Source of the DNA: an uncultured Pelagibacteraceae bacterium
GTDB lineage: Bacteria; Pseudomonadota; Alphaproteobacteria; Pelagibacterales; Pelagibacteraceae
NCBI GenBank assembly: GCA_902616245.1
Contig: CACMSB010000006.1
Coordinates: forward strand, 2,005-66,004
Direction: 5' to 3'
Length of the DNA: 64,000 nucleotides
Part shown: positions 1 to 8,838 of the stretch, one piece after another
Layout: every line of letters starts with the position of its first letter
Numbering within the stretch: position 1 is the first letter of the stretch
Program-made: the position numbers and the translations under genes
Notes under the pieces: model-generated
Database searches by the model: none
What the model was told of the DNA's origin: nothing
Seen by the model: only the letters and a program-made list of their open reading frames with translations

Positions 1-812
1 ACTCCAAAAGTTTTATTAAAATCAAAAGGTACACCAAAAATATAAAAATTAATTAATGTCGACCAAATTAATTGTGAATATTGAAAATTAGTTACAAAAG
101 ATAAATTTGATAGTTGAATTGCAAGTATAATTAAAAGATGACTGGTAAAACCTAATACACCTAGAAATATTAACCAAATCCATAACTTTTTATTATCAAT
201 AGGTGTCCAGTCTAACATTACATAAATAGAGAAAACAATGGCCCCAACAACAGCAGCATAGAATAACGCCACTAAAGGATCATTATTACCAGAAATAAAT
301 TTTGTAAAAAATTGATATAAAGCCCAACATACTGGTGGTACCAAAGGAAAAATTAAGTCTAAACTTAAGACTTTCATACTAGGACTCATTGAATAAATTA
401 TACACCCGAAGCTTAATAACATTAAAATTATACCTTTAGATGAAAGAATATCTTTTAAAAACAATGCCGTTAAAATTGATACTATTAATGGAGCTGAGAA
501 GAAAACTACATATATATCGACAAGGTCAAATTTTTGTAAAGAATGAATGAAAAAAAAAGTAGCAAAAACCATTAATATAGATCTAATAATATTAATTTTA
601 AAATTGCTTTTTAAGTTTAACTTAGGTTTTAATATCGCGAATAAAATTAAAATAATCACAAAGTGGAAAAAAAATCTGCCCCAAATTACTTGATTTAATG
701 GCATTAATGTTCCCAGATATTTTGCAGTAGAATCTTGGCAAACTAAAATAAAAAATCCAGATATAGATAAAATTATAACTTTGGTAATAGATTTATTTTT
801 AAGAAAATTCAT
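1..812 (-). CDS. DMT/EamA-family inner-membrane permease (3' end runs off the window)
   Basis: Hand-translated, not in the ORF track. ATG at 812 gives MNFLKNKSITKVIILSISGFFILVCQDSTAKYLG...QVIWGRFFFH. The frame is open where spot-checked (FISGNNDPLVALFYAAVVG; TLINFYIFGVP) and hydrophobic throughout. Confidence 0.82.
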   Translation of the reverse strand, partial: MNFLKNKSITKVIILSISGFFILVCQDSTAKYLGTLMPLNQVIWGRFFFHFVIILILFAILKPKLNLKSNFKINIIRSILMVFATFFFIHSLQKFDLVDIYVVFFSAPLIVSILTALFLKDILSSKGIILMLLSFGCIIYSMSPSMKVLSLDLIFPLVPPVCWALYQFFTKFISGNNDPLVALFYAAVVGAIVFSIYVMLDWTPIDNKKLWIWLIFLGVLGFTSHLLIILAIQLSNLSFVTNFQYSQLIWSTLINFYIFGVPFDFNKTFG

Positions 813-827
813 ATTTGTGATTAAATT

Positions 828-1901
828 TTAGACCGAGCTAAGATTATCTAAAATTTTTTTTGAACACTGTTCTGTATTACTAGAGCCTTGTAGATCTTTT
901 GTTCGACTGTCTTTATCTTTAAGAGTTAATTCAATTGATTTTACTATTCTATCAGAAGCTTCTTTTTCACCTAAGTAATCTAACATCATTGCAGCTGACC
1001 AAATTTGACCCACTGGATTAGCTATCCCTTGTCCCGCAATATCTGGTGCCGATCCATGAACGGGTTCAAATAATGATGGGTATTTATTTGTTGGATTAAT
1101 ATTTCCAGATGGTGCAATTCCAATAGTTCCAGTACAAGCTGGTCCTAGATCAGATAGAATATCCCCAAAAAGGTTCGATGCGACTATCACATCAAAGCGT
1201 TCAGGACTTAACACAAATCTAGCAGCTAATATATCGATATGGTATTGATCAGTTTCAACTTCAGGATAATTTTTTTTATTTACATTAAATCTTTCATCCC
1301 AATAAGGCATTGTAATAGATATTCCATTTGATTTTGTGGCACTTGTTAGTTTTTTTCTCTTCCTTATCTTAGCTAATTCAAAAGCAAATTGTTGAACTCT
1401 ATCTATTCCATATTTTGACATTACTGTTTCTTGAATAACAACCTCTCTATCAGTTCCCTGATACATTCTTCCACCGACTGATGAGTATTCTCCTTCAGTA
1501 TTTTCTCTAACAATTATCATGTCGATATCACCCGGTTTTTTATTAGCTAATGGTGCATTTACACCTTCAAAAAGTTTTACAGGTCTTAAGTTAATAAATT
1601 GATCAAACTCTCTTCTAAATTTTAACAACGATCCCCAAAGAGTTATGTGATCTGGATATTTATCTGGCATACCAACCGCACCAAAGAAAATTGCATCGTG
1701 TTTAGTTAATTTATCTTTCCAGTCATCTGGCATCATTTTTCCATGCTTTTCATAATAATCACATGATGCAAAATCATAATCTTCTATATTTAATTTAAAT
1801 TGATGTTGTTGAGAAATTTCTTTTAATATTTTTTGTGCTTCAGGTACAACTTCTTTTCCAATGCCGTCACCAGCAATAGAAGCTATTGAATATTCTTTCA
1901 T
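828..1901 (-). CDS. ttuC: Tartrate / D-malate dehydrogenase (decarboxylating; isocitrate/isopropylmalate dehydrogenase family)
   Basis: Motifs IAGDGIGKEV, TLWGSLLKFRREFDQFINLRP, VASNLFGDILSDLGPACTGTIGIAPS and FEPVHGSAPDIAGQGIANP match the TtuC/DmlA subfamily. Confidence 0.85.
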   Translation of the reverse strand: MKEYSIASIAGDGIGKEVVPEAQKILKEISQQHQFKLNIEDYDFASCDYYEKHGKMMPDDWKDKLTKHDAIFFGAVGMPDKYPDHITLWGSLLKFRREFDQFINLRPVKLFEGVNAPLANKKPGDIDMIIVRENTEGEYSSVGGRMYQGTDREVVIQETVMSKYGIDRVQQFAFELAKIRKRKKLTSATKSNGISITMPYWDERFNVNKKNYPEVETDQYHIDILAARFVLSPERFDVIVASNLFGDILSDLGPACTGTIGIAPSGNINPTNKYPSLFEPVHGSAPDIAGQGIANPVGQIWSAAMMLDYLGEKEASDRIVKSIELTLKDKDSRTKDLQGSSNTEQCSKKILDNLSSV

Positions 1902-2936
1902 TTATTTAGTGAATGTATCGTTAAATTGCTTAGTAACTCTGACAAAAGTTGTGCACTTACTTAATTGTTTTAAAGAGGGTGCGCCAACATATGTACAACT
2001 ACTTCTTACACCACCTAAAATATTTAAAATGGTATCATTAATTTTACCACGGTACTTCACTCTGACTGTTCTTCCTTCGCTACTTCTGTAGTCTGATAGT
2101 CCACCGTAATGTTTATTGTTAGCTGTTTCAGAACTCGATCCATAAAATTCGACATATTTAGAACCATTAGATTTTACTAATTTTCCTTTACCTTCATCAT
2201 GACCTGCAAACATTCCTCCAAGCATAACAAAATCAGCTCCTCCACCAAATGCTTTAGCAACATCACCTGGACATGTACATCCGCCATCTGCAATGATATG
2301 TGCACCTAATCCATGAGCAGCATCAGCGCATTCTATCACTGCACTTAACTGTGGATATCCAACTCCAGTTTGTATTCGTGTTGTACAAACACTACCTGGT
2401 CCAATTCCAACTTTAACAATATCTGCACCTGATAAAATTAATTCTTGAGTCATATCAGCAGTAACAACGTTACCTGCTATGATTGTTTTCGTTGGATATT
2501 TATCTCTAACAGATTTTAGAAATTTACTAAAATGCTCTGAGTAACCATTTGCAACATCAATACAAATAAATTTAATGAAACTAAATTCTTTTAAAACTTT
2601 ATCTAAATTTTGAAAATCTTCTTTTTTTGTTCCAATACTTAAAGCTACATTTGGATATATTGATTTTATTTTTTTAAATTGTTTAATTTTCTTTACATCA
2701 TGTTGTTTTGTTAAACATGTAATCATTCCATAATCAGATAATTTTTCAGCAACACCAAGGACGCCCACACCATCCATGTTAGCTGCCATTATTGGAATTC
2801 CAGACCATTCGTTTTTACTGTATTTAAAACGATAGGTTCTCTTTAAATTAACATCTTTTCTACTTTTAAGAGTGCTTCTTTTAGGTCTAAAAAGTACGTC
2901 GGAATAATCTAGTTTTAGCTCTTCTTCAATTCTCAC
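1902..2936 (-). CDS. guaC: GMP reductase
   Basis: (M)[26 protein letters not shown]-terminus, [22 protein letters not shown] with catalytic Cys, FYGSSS. Start moved to GTG at 2936 to match the family N-terminus. Confidence 0.95.
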   Translation of the reverse strand: MRIEEELKLDYSDVLFRPKRSTLKSRKDVNLKRTYRFKYSKNEWSGIPIMAANMDGVGVLGVAEKLSDYGMITCLTKQHDVKKIKQFKKIKSIYPNVALSIGTKKEDFQNLDKVLKEFSFIKFICIDVANGYSEHFSKFLKSVRDKYPTKTIIAGNVVTADMTQELILSGADIVKVGIGPGSVCTTRIQTGVGYPQLSAVIECADAAHGLGAHIIADGGCTCPGDVAKAFGGGADFVMLGGMFAGHDEGKGKLVKSNGSKYVEFYGSSSETANNKHYGGLSDYRSSEGRTVRVKYRGKINDTILNILGGVRSSCTYVGAPSLKQLSKCTTFVRVTKQFNDTFTK

Positions 2937-3058
2937 AAAAATGAAGGTATACATCCAATGAATGATAATTCAATTTAATAATTGACCTTATTAACGTTGT
3001 ATTTGAACAATTTTAAAATTACTGATTGAATTATAAAAATATATATTAAAGTAAATAA

Positions 3059-3934
3059 ATGTTTGAAGGTTTTAAGAGCAGATATATAAAAGTAAAAAAA
3101 GGGAAAGTCTTTTGTAAAGTTAAAGGAGAAGGACCACCTTTATTATTACTCCATGGTTACCCCCAAACGCATTTAATGTGGCACAAAACAGCTCCAGAGT
3201 TATCTAAAAGTTTTACAGTGGTTGCAGCAGACCTTAGAGGTTATGGAAATAGTTTGGCACCGTCATCTGATAGTAAGCATTTTAATTATTCAAAAAGAGA
3301 AATGGCAAGTGATATGAAGCAAATGATGGTAAAATTGGGGTATTCTAAATTTTTTGTTGCTGGCCATGATAGGGGCGGAAGAGTTGCTCATAGATTGGCA
3401 AGAGATCATAGAAAAAATGTGCTTGCTCTCAGCGTTTTAGATATTTGTCCAACTTTAGATATGTATGAATTAACAACAAGAGATTTTGCAAAAGCTTACT
3501 TCCATTGGTTTTTCTTAATTCAACCAAAGTGGCTACCAGAAAGAATGATAATGAGTGATCCAAGAAAATGGATGAAGTATTGCTTAGATAAATGGTCTGG
3601 GAATCATAAATTTGGAAAAGTTGAAGAGGGTTATCTAAAGTGCTTTAAGCAACCAAAGAGAATACATGGATCATGTGAGGATTATAGAGCATCTGCAACT
3701 ATTGATCTTGATCATGACAGATACGATCGAAAGAAAAAATTAAATATTCCTGTTCAAGTATTATGGGGAAAAAATGGTGTTATAGGTAAACAATTTAAAC
3801 CTATTAAAATTTGGCAAAAATATTCAAATAAAAAAGTTTTAGGAGTTGCTGTTAAATCTGGACATTTTATACCAGAGCAAAATCCCAAAGAAACAATTAA
3901 ACAATTAAAAAGTTTCTTTTTAAAAAATGCTTAA
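3059..3934 (+). CDS. Alpha/beta-hydrolase, haloacetate (fluoroacetate) dehalogenase type
   Basis: HGYPQT; GHD104R105GGR108; LD128ICPT; YFH149W150; CEDY209RA; GH269FIPE. These are the nucleophile, carboxylate-binding, halide-pocket and base residues of fluoroacetate dehalogenases. Confidence 0.85.
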   Translation: MFEGFKSRYIKVKKGKVFCKVKGEGPPLLLLHGYPQTHLMWHKTAPELSKSFTVVAADLRGYGNSLAPSSDSKHFNYSKREMASDMKQMMVKLGYSKFFVAGHDRGGRVAHRLARDHRKNVLALSVLDICPTLDMYELTTRDFAKAYFHWFFLIQPKWLPERMIMSDPRKWMKYCLDKWSGNHKFGKVEEGYLKCFKQPKRIHGSCEDYRASATIDLDHDRYDRKKKLNIPVQVLWGKNGVIGKQFKPIKIWQKYSNKKVLGVAVKSGHFIPEQNPKETIKQLKSFFLKNA

Positions 3935-4715
3935 AATTATTCCTAATAAAAAAAATATAGGTGCAGAATTAGTCTGTGATTTAAATAAAATTAATAATTC
4001 TACATTAAAAAAAATAAAATCTGCTCTCTCAAAATATGGAATGATTTATTTTAGAAACCAAAAATTAAGCTCTGATCATTATGTAAAATTTGCAAAAAAA
4101 TTTGGAAAACTTGCAAATTATCCAAGACTTAAAGGATTGAATAAAAAATATCCTCAAATAACTGTTGTTCAAAGAAAATCTACAGATAAAGGCCCTAGTT
4201 TTGGTGAGCAATTTCATACTGACTCAATTTATACTAAAAAACCACCTAGATTTACTATGTTACTATCTAAATTAGTTCCAAAAAAAGGTCAGGCAAACAC
4301 AGATTTTTGTTCCCAATATTTAGCTTATGAGAAATTACCAGCAAACTTTAAAAGAAAGTTGAAAGACGAAAAATGTATATTTTCTTCTGAAGGACCCATT
4401 TCTGTAACAAGATTAGAAAGAGAGAAAGAAAAGGGTAAAAAAGCGAAAGAACTTATTTCAAAGCATAAATTAATAAGAAAAATAAATAGTAAATATACTT
4501 TATACTGTAGTCCTGGACACTTTATTCGTTTTAATAACAGCAAAATTGATGAAAAATTAAAAACTTATTTATTTAAACACCAATTAAAAAAAAGTTTTCA
4601 ATATTCTTTAGAATGGGAAAAGAACCAATTAGCCATTTGGGATAACAGATCTATGCTACATCAAGCAACGGCCTTTAAAGGTAATAGAATTATGCATAGA
4701 ATTACTGTCCAATAA
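3927..4715 (+). CDS. TauD/TfdA-family Fe(II)/2-oxoglutarate dioxygenase
   Basis: HxD motif (FHTDS), WDNRSMLH with distal His, RIMHR with the 2OG-binding Arg, N-terminal IGAEL...YFRNQ. Confidence 0.85.
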   Translation: MLKIIPNKKNIGAELVCDLNKINNSTLKKIKSALSKYGMIYFRNQKLSSDHYVKFAKKFGKLANYPRLKGLNKKYPQITVVQRKSTDKGPSFGEQFHTDSIYTKKPPRFTMLLSKLVPKKGQANTDFCSQYLAYEKLPANFKRKLKDEKCIFSSEGPISVTRLEREKEKGKKAKELISKHKLIRKINSKYTLYCSPGHFIRFNNSKIDEKLKTYLFKHQLKKSFQYSLEWEKNQLAIWDNRSMLHQATAFKGNRIMHRITVQ

Positions 4716-5638
4716 TGTTTCAGGTATTTCTAGGATTAACACCATTTATAGGCATTACGCTTATAGGTTATCTTTTAGGATATATTAAAATATTTGATTT
4801 ACAAAAGGCTAAAATATTTAATTTATTTTCATTTTATATAGCGGTACCAGCTTTAATCATAAAACTAGTTGCACAAAGTGATGTTGGGGAAATAGATGTG
4901 TCTCAAATTTCATCATATTTTTTAATGCAATTAACGAGTGGAATATTTGCTTTTTTATTAACTAAAAATACTTTCAAAAGATCAATTCAAGAGTCAATTA
5001 TTTGGGCTTTAACAGTTGCTTTATCTAATCACGTAATATTAGTTTTACCTATTGCAGAAATTTTCTTTGCAGGGAGTACGATAACTCAAATATCAGGTAT
5101 TATTTTAATGGATAGTGTAGTTTTAATATCCATAGTTAGTTTCTTTTTAGAACTTACTGTAAAAAAGAGAATCAAATTATTTCAGTTTTTAAGAAATTTA
5201 ATATTAAATCCGATGATATTAGCAATATTAATTGGATTGATTATAAGAATTTCAAAGATCAATATAGACGACACTCCATTTGAGTATATTCTCCAAAGAC
5301 TTGCAGCATGTGTGATGCCAGTTGGGTTATTTGCAATTGGTATTATTCTATCTTTTTACTCAAAAAAAGTTTTCAATAAATTAACAATTACTATTTCAAT
5401 ATTAAAACTTATTATATCACCACTGATTTTGCTAATTTTAGGGTACACATTTTTTAGCTTATCAAATCCAATCAATTTTGCCGGAGCTTTGTTGGTTAGT
5501 GTTGGTCCTTGTGGAGCTACCTCAATTGTTATGTGTTCTGCGTATAATGTAAGTCCAGAAAATATTATTAAGGCAATATTTATTTCAACATTTGCTTCAA
5601 TATTTACCTTTTTATTTACAATAAATTTATTAAATTAA
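4715..5638 (+). CDS. AEC-family (auxin efflux carrier / malonate-malate permease-like) transporter
   Basis: About 10 hydrophobic segments; YIAVPALI, NPMILAILIG, MPVGLFAIG, KLIISPLI and C-terminal STFASIFT patterns. Confidence 0.8.
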   Translation: MFQVFLGLTPFIGITLIGYLLGYIKIFDLQKAKIFNLFSFYIAVPALIIKLVAQSDVGEIDVSQISSYFLMQLTSGIFAFLLTKNTFKRSIQESIIWALTVALSNHVILVLPIAEIFFAGSTITQISGIILMDSVVLISIVSFFLELTVKKRIKLFQFLRNLILNPMILAILIGLIIRISKINIDDTPFEYILQRLAACVMPVGLFAIGIILSFYSKKVFNKLTITISILKLIISPLILLILGYTFFSLSNPINFAGALLVSVGPCGATSIVMCSAYNVSPENIIKAIFISTFASIFTFLFTINLLN

Positions 5639-5644
5639 ATAAAT

Positions 5645-6094
5645 ATGATCAAAAATATATTTAGTATCCTTTTTATTTCTTTATTCTTATCATCGATTTC
5701 GATAGCTAAAGATAAAATAGATGAAACTATTGATAAAACCACTGACTTTTTAAAATCTATATCTAAGAAAAGTTTGAATAAATCACAAACTGCAGAATTT
5801 TTAAATAATTATGCAATAACATTGGAAGATGAGAGAAATCAAGGTGTTGTAACTTATATATTTGATGAAAAAAATTATAAAAGATACCAAGATGGAAACG
5901 TCATTTCAGAAGATGGATGGAGATTTACAAACTTTGGTAAATTAAGAGTTTTTTCAGGAGATATCAAATTAACATGGAAATTTAAACTTGATAAGCAAAA
6001 CGTAATAGTAATTAAAACTAAATTTCAACCACTTGGAAAAGAATATCCTTTTACCTACCAACTAAAAGATAAGTTCTTTGAACAAATTAACTAA
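5645..6094 (+). CDS. Hypothetical exported protein
   Basis: 149-aa ORF with a signal-peptide-like N-terminus (MIKNIFSILFISLFLSSISIA|K); no recognised motif. Confidence 0.7.
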   Translation: MIKNIFSILFISLFLSSISIAKDKIDETIDKTTDFLKSISKKSLNKSQTAEFLNNYAITLEDERNQGVVTYIFDEKNYKRYQDGNVISEDGWRFTNFGKLRVFSGDIKLTWKFKLDKQNVIVIKTKFQPLGKEYPFTYQLKDKFFEQIN

Positions 6095-6208
6095 ATGTCA
6101 AAAAGATATAGCGGTAAATCATTTAAAGACTCTAGTGTAATGAAAAAAGCCAAACTTTCTCTTAAGGAAAAAAGAAAAATTAAAAAAGATAAGAAAAAGA
6201 GTAAGTGA
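6095..6208 (+). CDS. Putative 37-aa lysine-rich small protein
   Basis: ATG directly follows the upstream TAA. Hand translation MSKRYSGKSFKDSSVMKKAKLSLKEKRKIKKDKKKSK*; below the ORF-track cutoff. Confidence 0.45.
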   Translation: MSKRYSGKSFKDSSVMKKAKLSLKEKRKIKKDKKKSK

Positions 6209-6216
6209 AATCTTGT

Positions 6217-6244
6217 TTGCATCAAAAAATAAAAGTAGTATAAA
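6217..6244 (+). promoter_or_regulatory. Candidate sigma70 promoter for tRNA-Met
   Basis: TTGCAT (6217-6222), 16-bp spacer, TATAAA (6239-6244), 15 nt upstream of the tRNA. Confidence 0.45.
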
Positions 6245-6259
6245 CCAACAATTATTTAC

Positions 6260-6336
6260 GGCGGGGTAGCTCAGTTGGTTAGAGCGCGGGACTCATAAGC
6301 CCGAGGTCAGTGGTTCGATCCCACTTCCCGCTACCA
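6260..6336 (+). tRNA. tRNA-Met (CAT), most likely elongator
   Basis: 77-nt cloverleaf: acceptor GGCGGGG/TCCCGCT, D-arm AGCTCAGTTGGTTAGAGC, anticodon loop CTCATAA, T-loop TTCGATC, encoded CCA. G1:U72, G2:C71, C3:G70 and A73, with no C1:A72 mismatch, argue against the initiator. Confidence 0.96.
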
Positions 6337-6864
6337 TCAATGACCAGGAAAATCTAAAAGATTTTCAACTTTATATCCTTTTTTTAAAAGATTATCAGTA
6401 CCACCAAGATCAAACAAATTAATTACAAAAATAAATCCTGCAACCTTGCTTTTTGATATTTCTATTAGTTTAGCTGCAGCTTCAGCAGTACCTCCAGTTG
6501 CAATTAAGTCATCAATAATTAATACATTATCGCTTTCATTAAATGAGTCTTTATGAACTTCAATTGTAGCCGTTCCATATTCTAGCTCAAAATCAACAGA
6601 ATGTACCTCAGCGGGTAGTTTATTTTTTTTTCTTAACATTATAAATGGCTTATCTAAGATGTATGAAATAGCAGAAGCAAATACAAAACCCCTAGATTCT
6701 ACAGCTGCTATTTTATCAAAATTAAATTTTTTTGATCTCTCTACTATTTGATCAATACATTCTTTAAATGCTTTTTCATTTTTTATGAGAGTTGTGATGT
6801 CTCTAAATAGAATTCCCTTTTTAGGATAGTCTTGAATTGATCTAATATGTTCTTTTAAATCCAT
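6337..6864 (-). CDS. apt: Adenine phosphoribosyltransferase
   Basis: DYPKKGILFRDITTL, ESRGF, LEYGTA, PRPP-binding IIDDLIATGGT. Confidence 0.97.
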   Translation of the reverse strand: MDLKEHIRSIQDYPKKGILFRDITTLIKNEKAFKECIDQIVERSKKFNFDKIAAVESRGFVFASAISYILDKPFIMLRKKNKLPAEVHSVDFELEYGTATIEVHKDSFNESDNVLIIDDLIATGGTAEAAAKLIEISKSKVAGFIFVINLFDLGGTDNLLKKGYKVENLLDFPGH

Positions 6865-6872
6865 AAAACTTA

Positions 6873-6880
6873 ATTATAAT
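6873..6880. promoter_or_regulatory. Palindromic ATTATAAT giving a perfect TATAAT -10 box on both strands in the 28-bp apt/mtnP gap
   Basis: TATAAT at 6875-6880 (+) lies 12 nt before the mtnP ATG; TATAAT at 6878-6873 (-) lies 8 nt before the apt ATG. Confidence 0.45.
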
Positions 6881-6892
6881 CTAAAACGTATT

Positions 6893-7762
6893 ATGGCAAA
6901 TAATAAATTAGCAATTATTGGTGGAAGTGGCCTATATGATGTTGAAGAGTTTAAAGATAGAGAAACTTTAGATTTAAACACTCCTTGGGGAAAACCCTCA
7001 GATTTAATATTAAAAGCTGAATATAATAATAAAGAAATTTTTTTTTTACCAAGACATGGAAAAGGTCATTTTATTTCTCCATCAAAAATAAATTTTAGAG
7101 CAAATATAGATGCTCTTAAACAACTAGGTATCACAGATATAGTTTCTGTTTCAGCAGTTGGATCTTTAAAGGAAGATTTGCCTCCAGGTAAATTTGTTAT
7201 CGTTGATCAATTCATTGATAGAACTTTTGCAAGATACAAAACTTTTTTTGATGATGAGATTGTTGCACATGTATCAATGGCACACCCAACTTCAAATGGG
7301 CTGATGAATGCTTGCGAAGATGCTATAAAAAAAGAAAGCATACCTTATCAAAGAGGTGGAACTTATGTTGTAATGGAAGGTCCACAATTTTCTACATTAG
7401 CAGAGTCAAACCTATATAGATCATGGAAAGCAGATGTTATTGGAATGACAAATATGCCAGAAGCTAAACTAGCAAGAGAAGCAGAAATTAGATATGCTTC
7501 AGTTTCAATGGTAACAGATTATGATTGCTGGCATCCAGATCATGAAAATGTTGATGTTCAACAAGTTATAAAAGTACTCTTAGATAATGCAGCGAAAGCA
7601 AAAAACATGATTAAAAATTTGATAGAGAACTTTGAAAATCACATTGATCCTAAGGATCCAACTAATAATTGCTTAGATGTAGCAATAATTACTGCTCCAG
7701 AAAAAAGAACTCAAAAGACTAAAGATAAATTAAAAACAATTGCAGGAAGAGTTCTTACTTAA
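6893..7762 (+). CDS. mtnP: S-methyl-5'-thioadenosine phosphorylase
   Basis: IIGGSGLY, FLPRHG, INFRANI, MEGPQFSTLAES, DVIGMTNMPEAKLAREAE, TDYDCW. Confidence 0.95.
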   Translation: MANNKLAIIGGSGLYDVEEFKDRETLDLNTPWGKPSDLILKAEYNNKEIFFLPRHGKGHFISPSKINFRANIDALKQLGITDIVSVSAVGSLKEDLPPGKFVIVDQFIDRTFARYKTFFDDEIVAHVSMAHPTSNGLMNACEDAIKKESIPYQRGGTYVVMEGPQFSTLAESNLYRSWKADVIGMTNMPEAKLAREAEIRYASVSMVTDYDCWHPDHENVDVQQVIKVLLDNAAKAKNMIKNLIENFENHIDPKDPTNNCLDVAIITAPEKRTQKTKDKLKTIAGRVLT

Positions 7763-8838
7763 TGAAAATTAATGGTGTTAAATATAAAACAATTTGGTTT
7801 GATGAAGAAAAACAGGTTGTAAAAATAATAGATCAAACAAAGCTTCCACATAAGTTTATAATAAAAGAATTAAATTCAGTTAAAGACGCGATAAATGCTA
7901 TAAAAACAATGGAGGTGAGAGGTGCTCCATTAATCGGAGGTACAGCTGCATTTGGATTGGTTTTAGCTATAAAAGAAAATAACAGTTTAGATTTTATAAA
8001 AAAAAGTTCAGAGGAATTAGTTGCATCTAGACCAACAGCAATAAATCTTCAGTGGGCAGTTCATAGAATGAATAACAAATTGTCATTTGTTGAACCTGGA
8101 GATTTATTTAATGTTGCACTCAATGAAGCTAAAGAAATTTGTAAAGAGGATGAGGGATTTTGTGAAAGTATTGGTAAAAATGGATTAAATATTATTGAAG
8201 ATATATATAATAAAAAGAAAGATACTGTCAATATTCTCACACATTGTAATGCAGGTTGGTTAGCTACAATAGATTGGGGAACAGCAACTTCTCCTATTTA
8301 TCATGCACATAAAAAAGGAATACCTATACATGTTTGGGTAGATGAAACTAGACCAAGAAATCAAGGAGCAAACCTTACATCATATGAACTTAATGAAGAA
8401 GAAATTCCAAATACAATTATAGCAGATAATACAGGTGGAATATTAATGCAAAGAGGACAGGTTGATATGTGTATTGTTGGAACAGATAGAACATTATCTA
8501 ACGGAGATGTGTGCAATAAAATTGGAACCTATTTAAAAGCTCTTGCAGCTCATGATAATAAGGTACCTTTTTACGTAGCTTTACCAAGTTCAACGATAGA
8601 TTGGAATTTAAAAAACGCAAAAAATATTCCTATAGAAGAAAGAGATCCAAAAGAACTTTCTCATGTGGATGGAATTAACAAAGATAATAAAGTGGATAAA
8701 GTTTTAATATATCCCGAAAAAAGCAAATCATTAAATTTAGCCTTTGATGTAACACCTGCTAAATATGTTACTGCATTAATAACAGAAAAGGGAGTTTGTG
8801 ATGCTTCTTCTGAGGGTTTAAAAAAGTTATTTAATTAA
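7762..8838 (+). CDS. mtnA: S-methyl-5-thioribose-1-phosphate isomerase
   Basis: MEVRGAPLIG, SRPTAINL, THCNAGWLAT, ETRPRNQGA, GTDR...NKIGTY, AFDVTPAKYV. Confidence 0.95.
   Translation: MKINGVKYKTIWFDEEKQVVKIIDQTKLPHKFIIKELNSVKDAINAIKTMEVRGAPLIGGTAAFGLVLAIKENNSLDFIKKSSEELVASRPTAINLQWAVHRMNNKLSFVEPGDLFNVALNEAKEICKEDEGFCESIGKNGLNIIEDIYNKKKDTVNILTHCNAGWLATIDWGTATSPIYHAHKKGIPIHVWVDETRPRNQGANLTSYELNEEEIPNTIIADNTGGILMQRGQVDMCIVGTDRTLSNGDVCNKIGTYLKALAAHDNKVPFYVALPSSTIDWNLKNAKNIPIEERDPKELSHVDGINKDNKVDKVLIYPEKSKSLNLAFDVTPAKYVTALITEKGVCDASSEGLKKLFN

Noticed and set aside
2937-3058. Purine riboswitch upstream of guaC
   Set aside because: The region is AT-rich with no P1-P3 stems or conserved purine-riboswitch core.
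3059-6336. tRNA-anchored genomic island carrying the dehalogenase cluster
   Set aside because: The cluster lies on the 5' side of the tRNA, there is no integrase, I found no duplicated tRNA 3' end, and composition matches the flanks.
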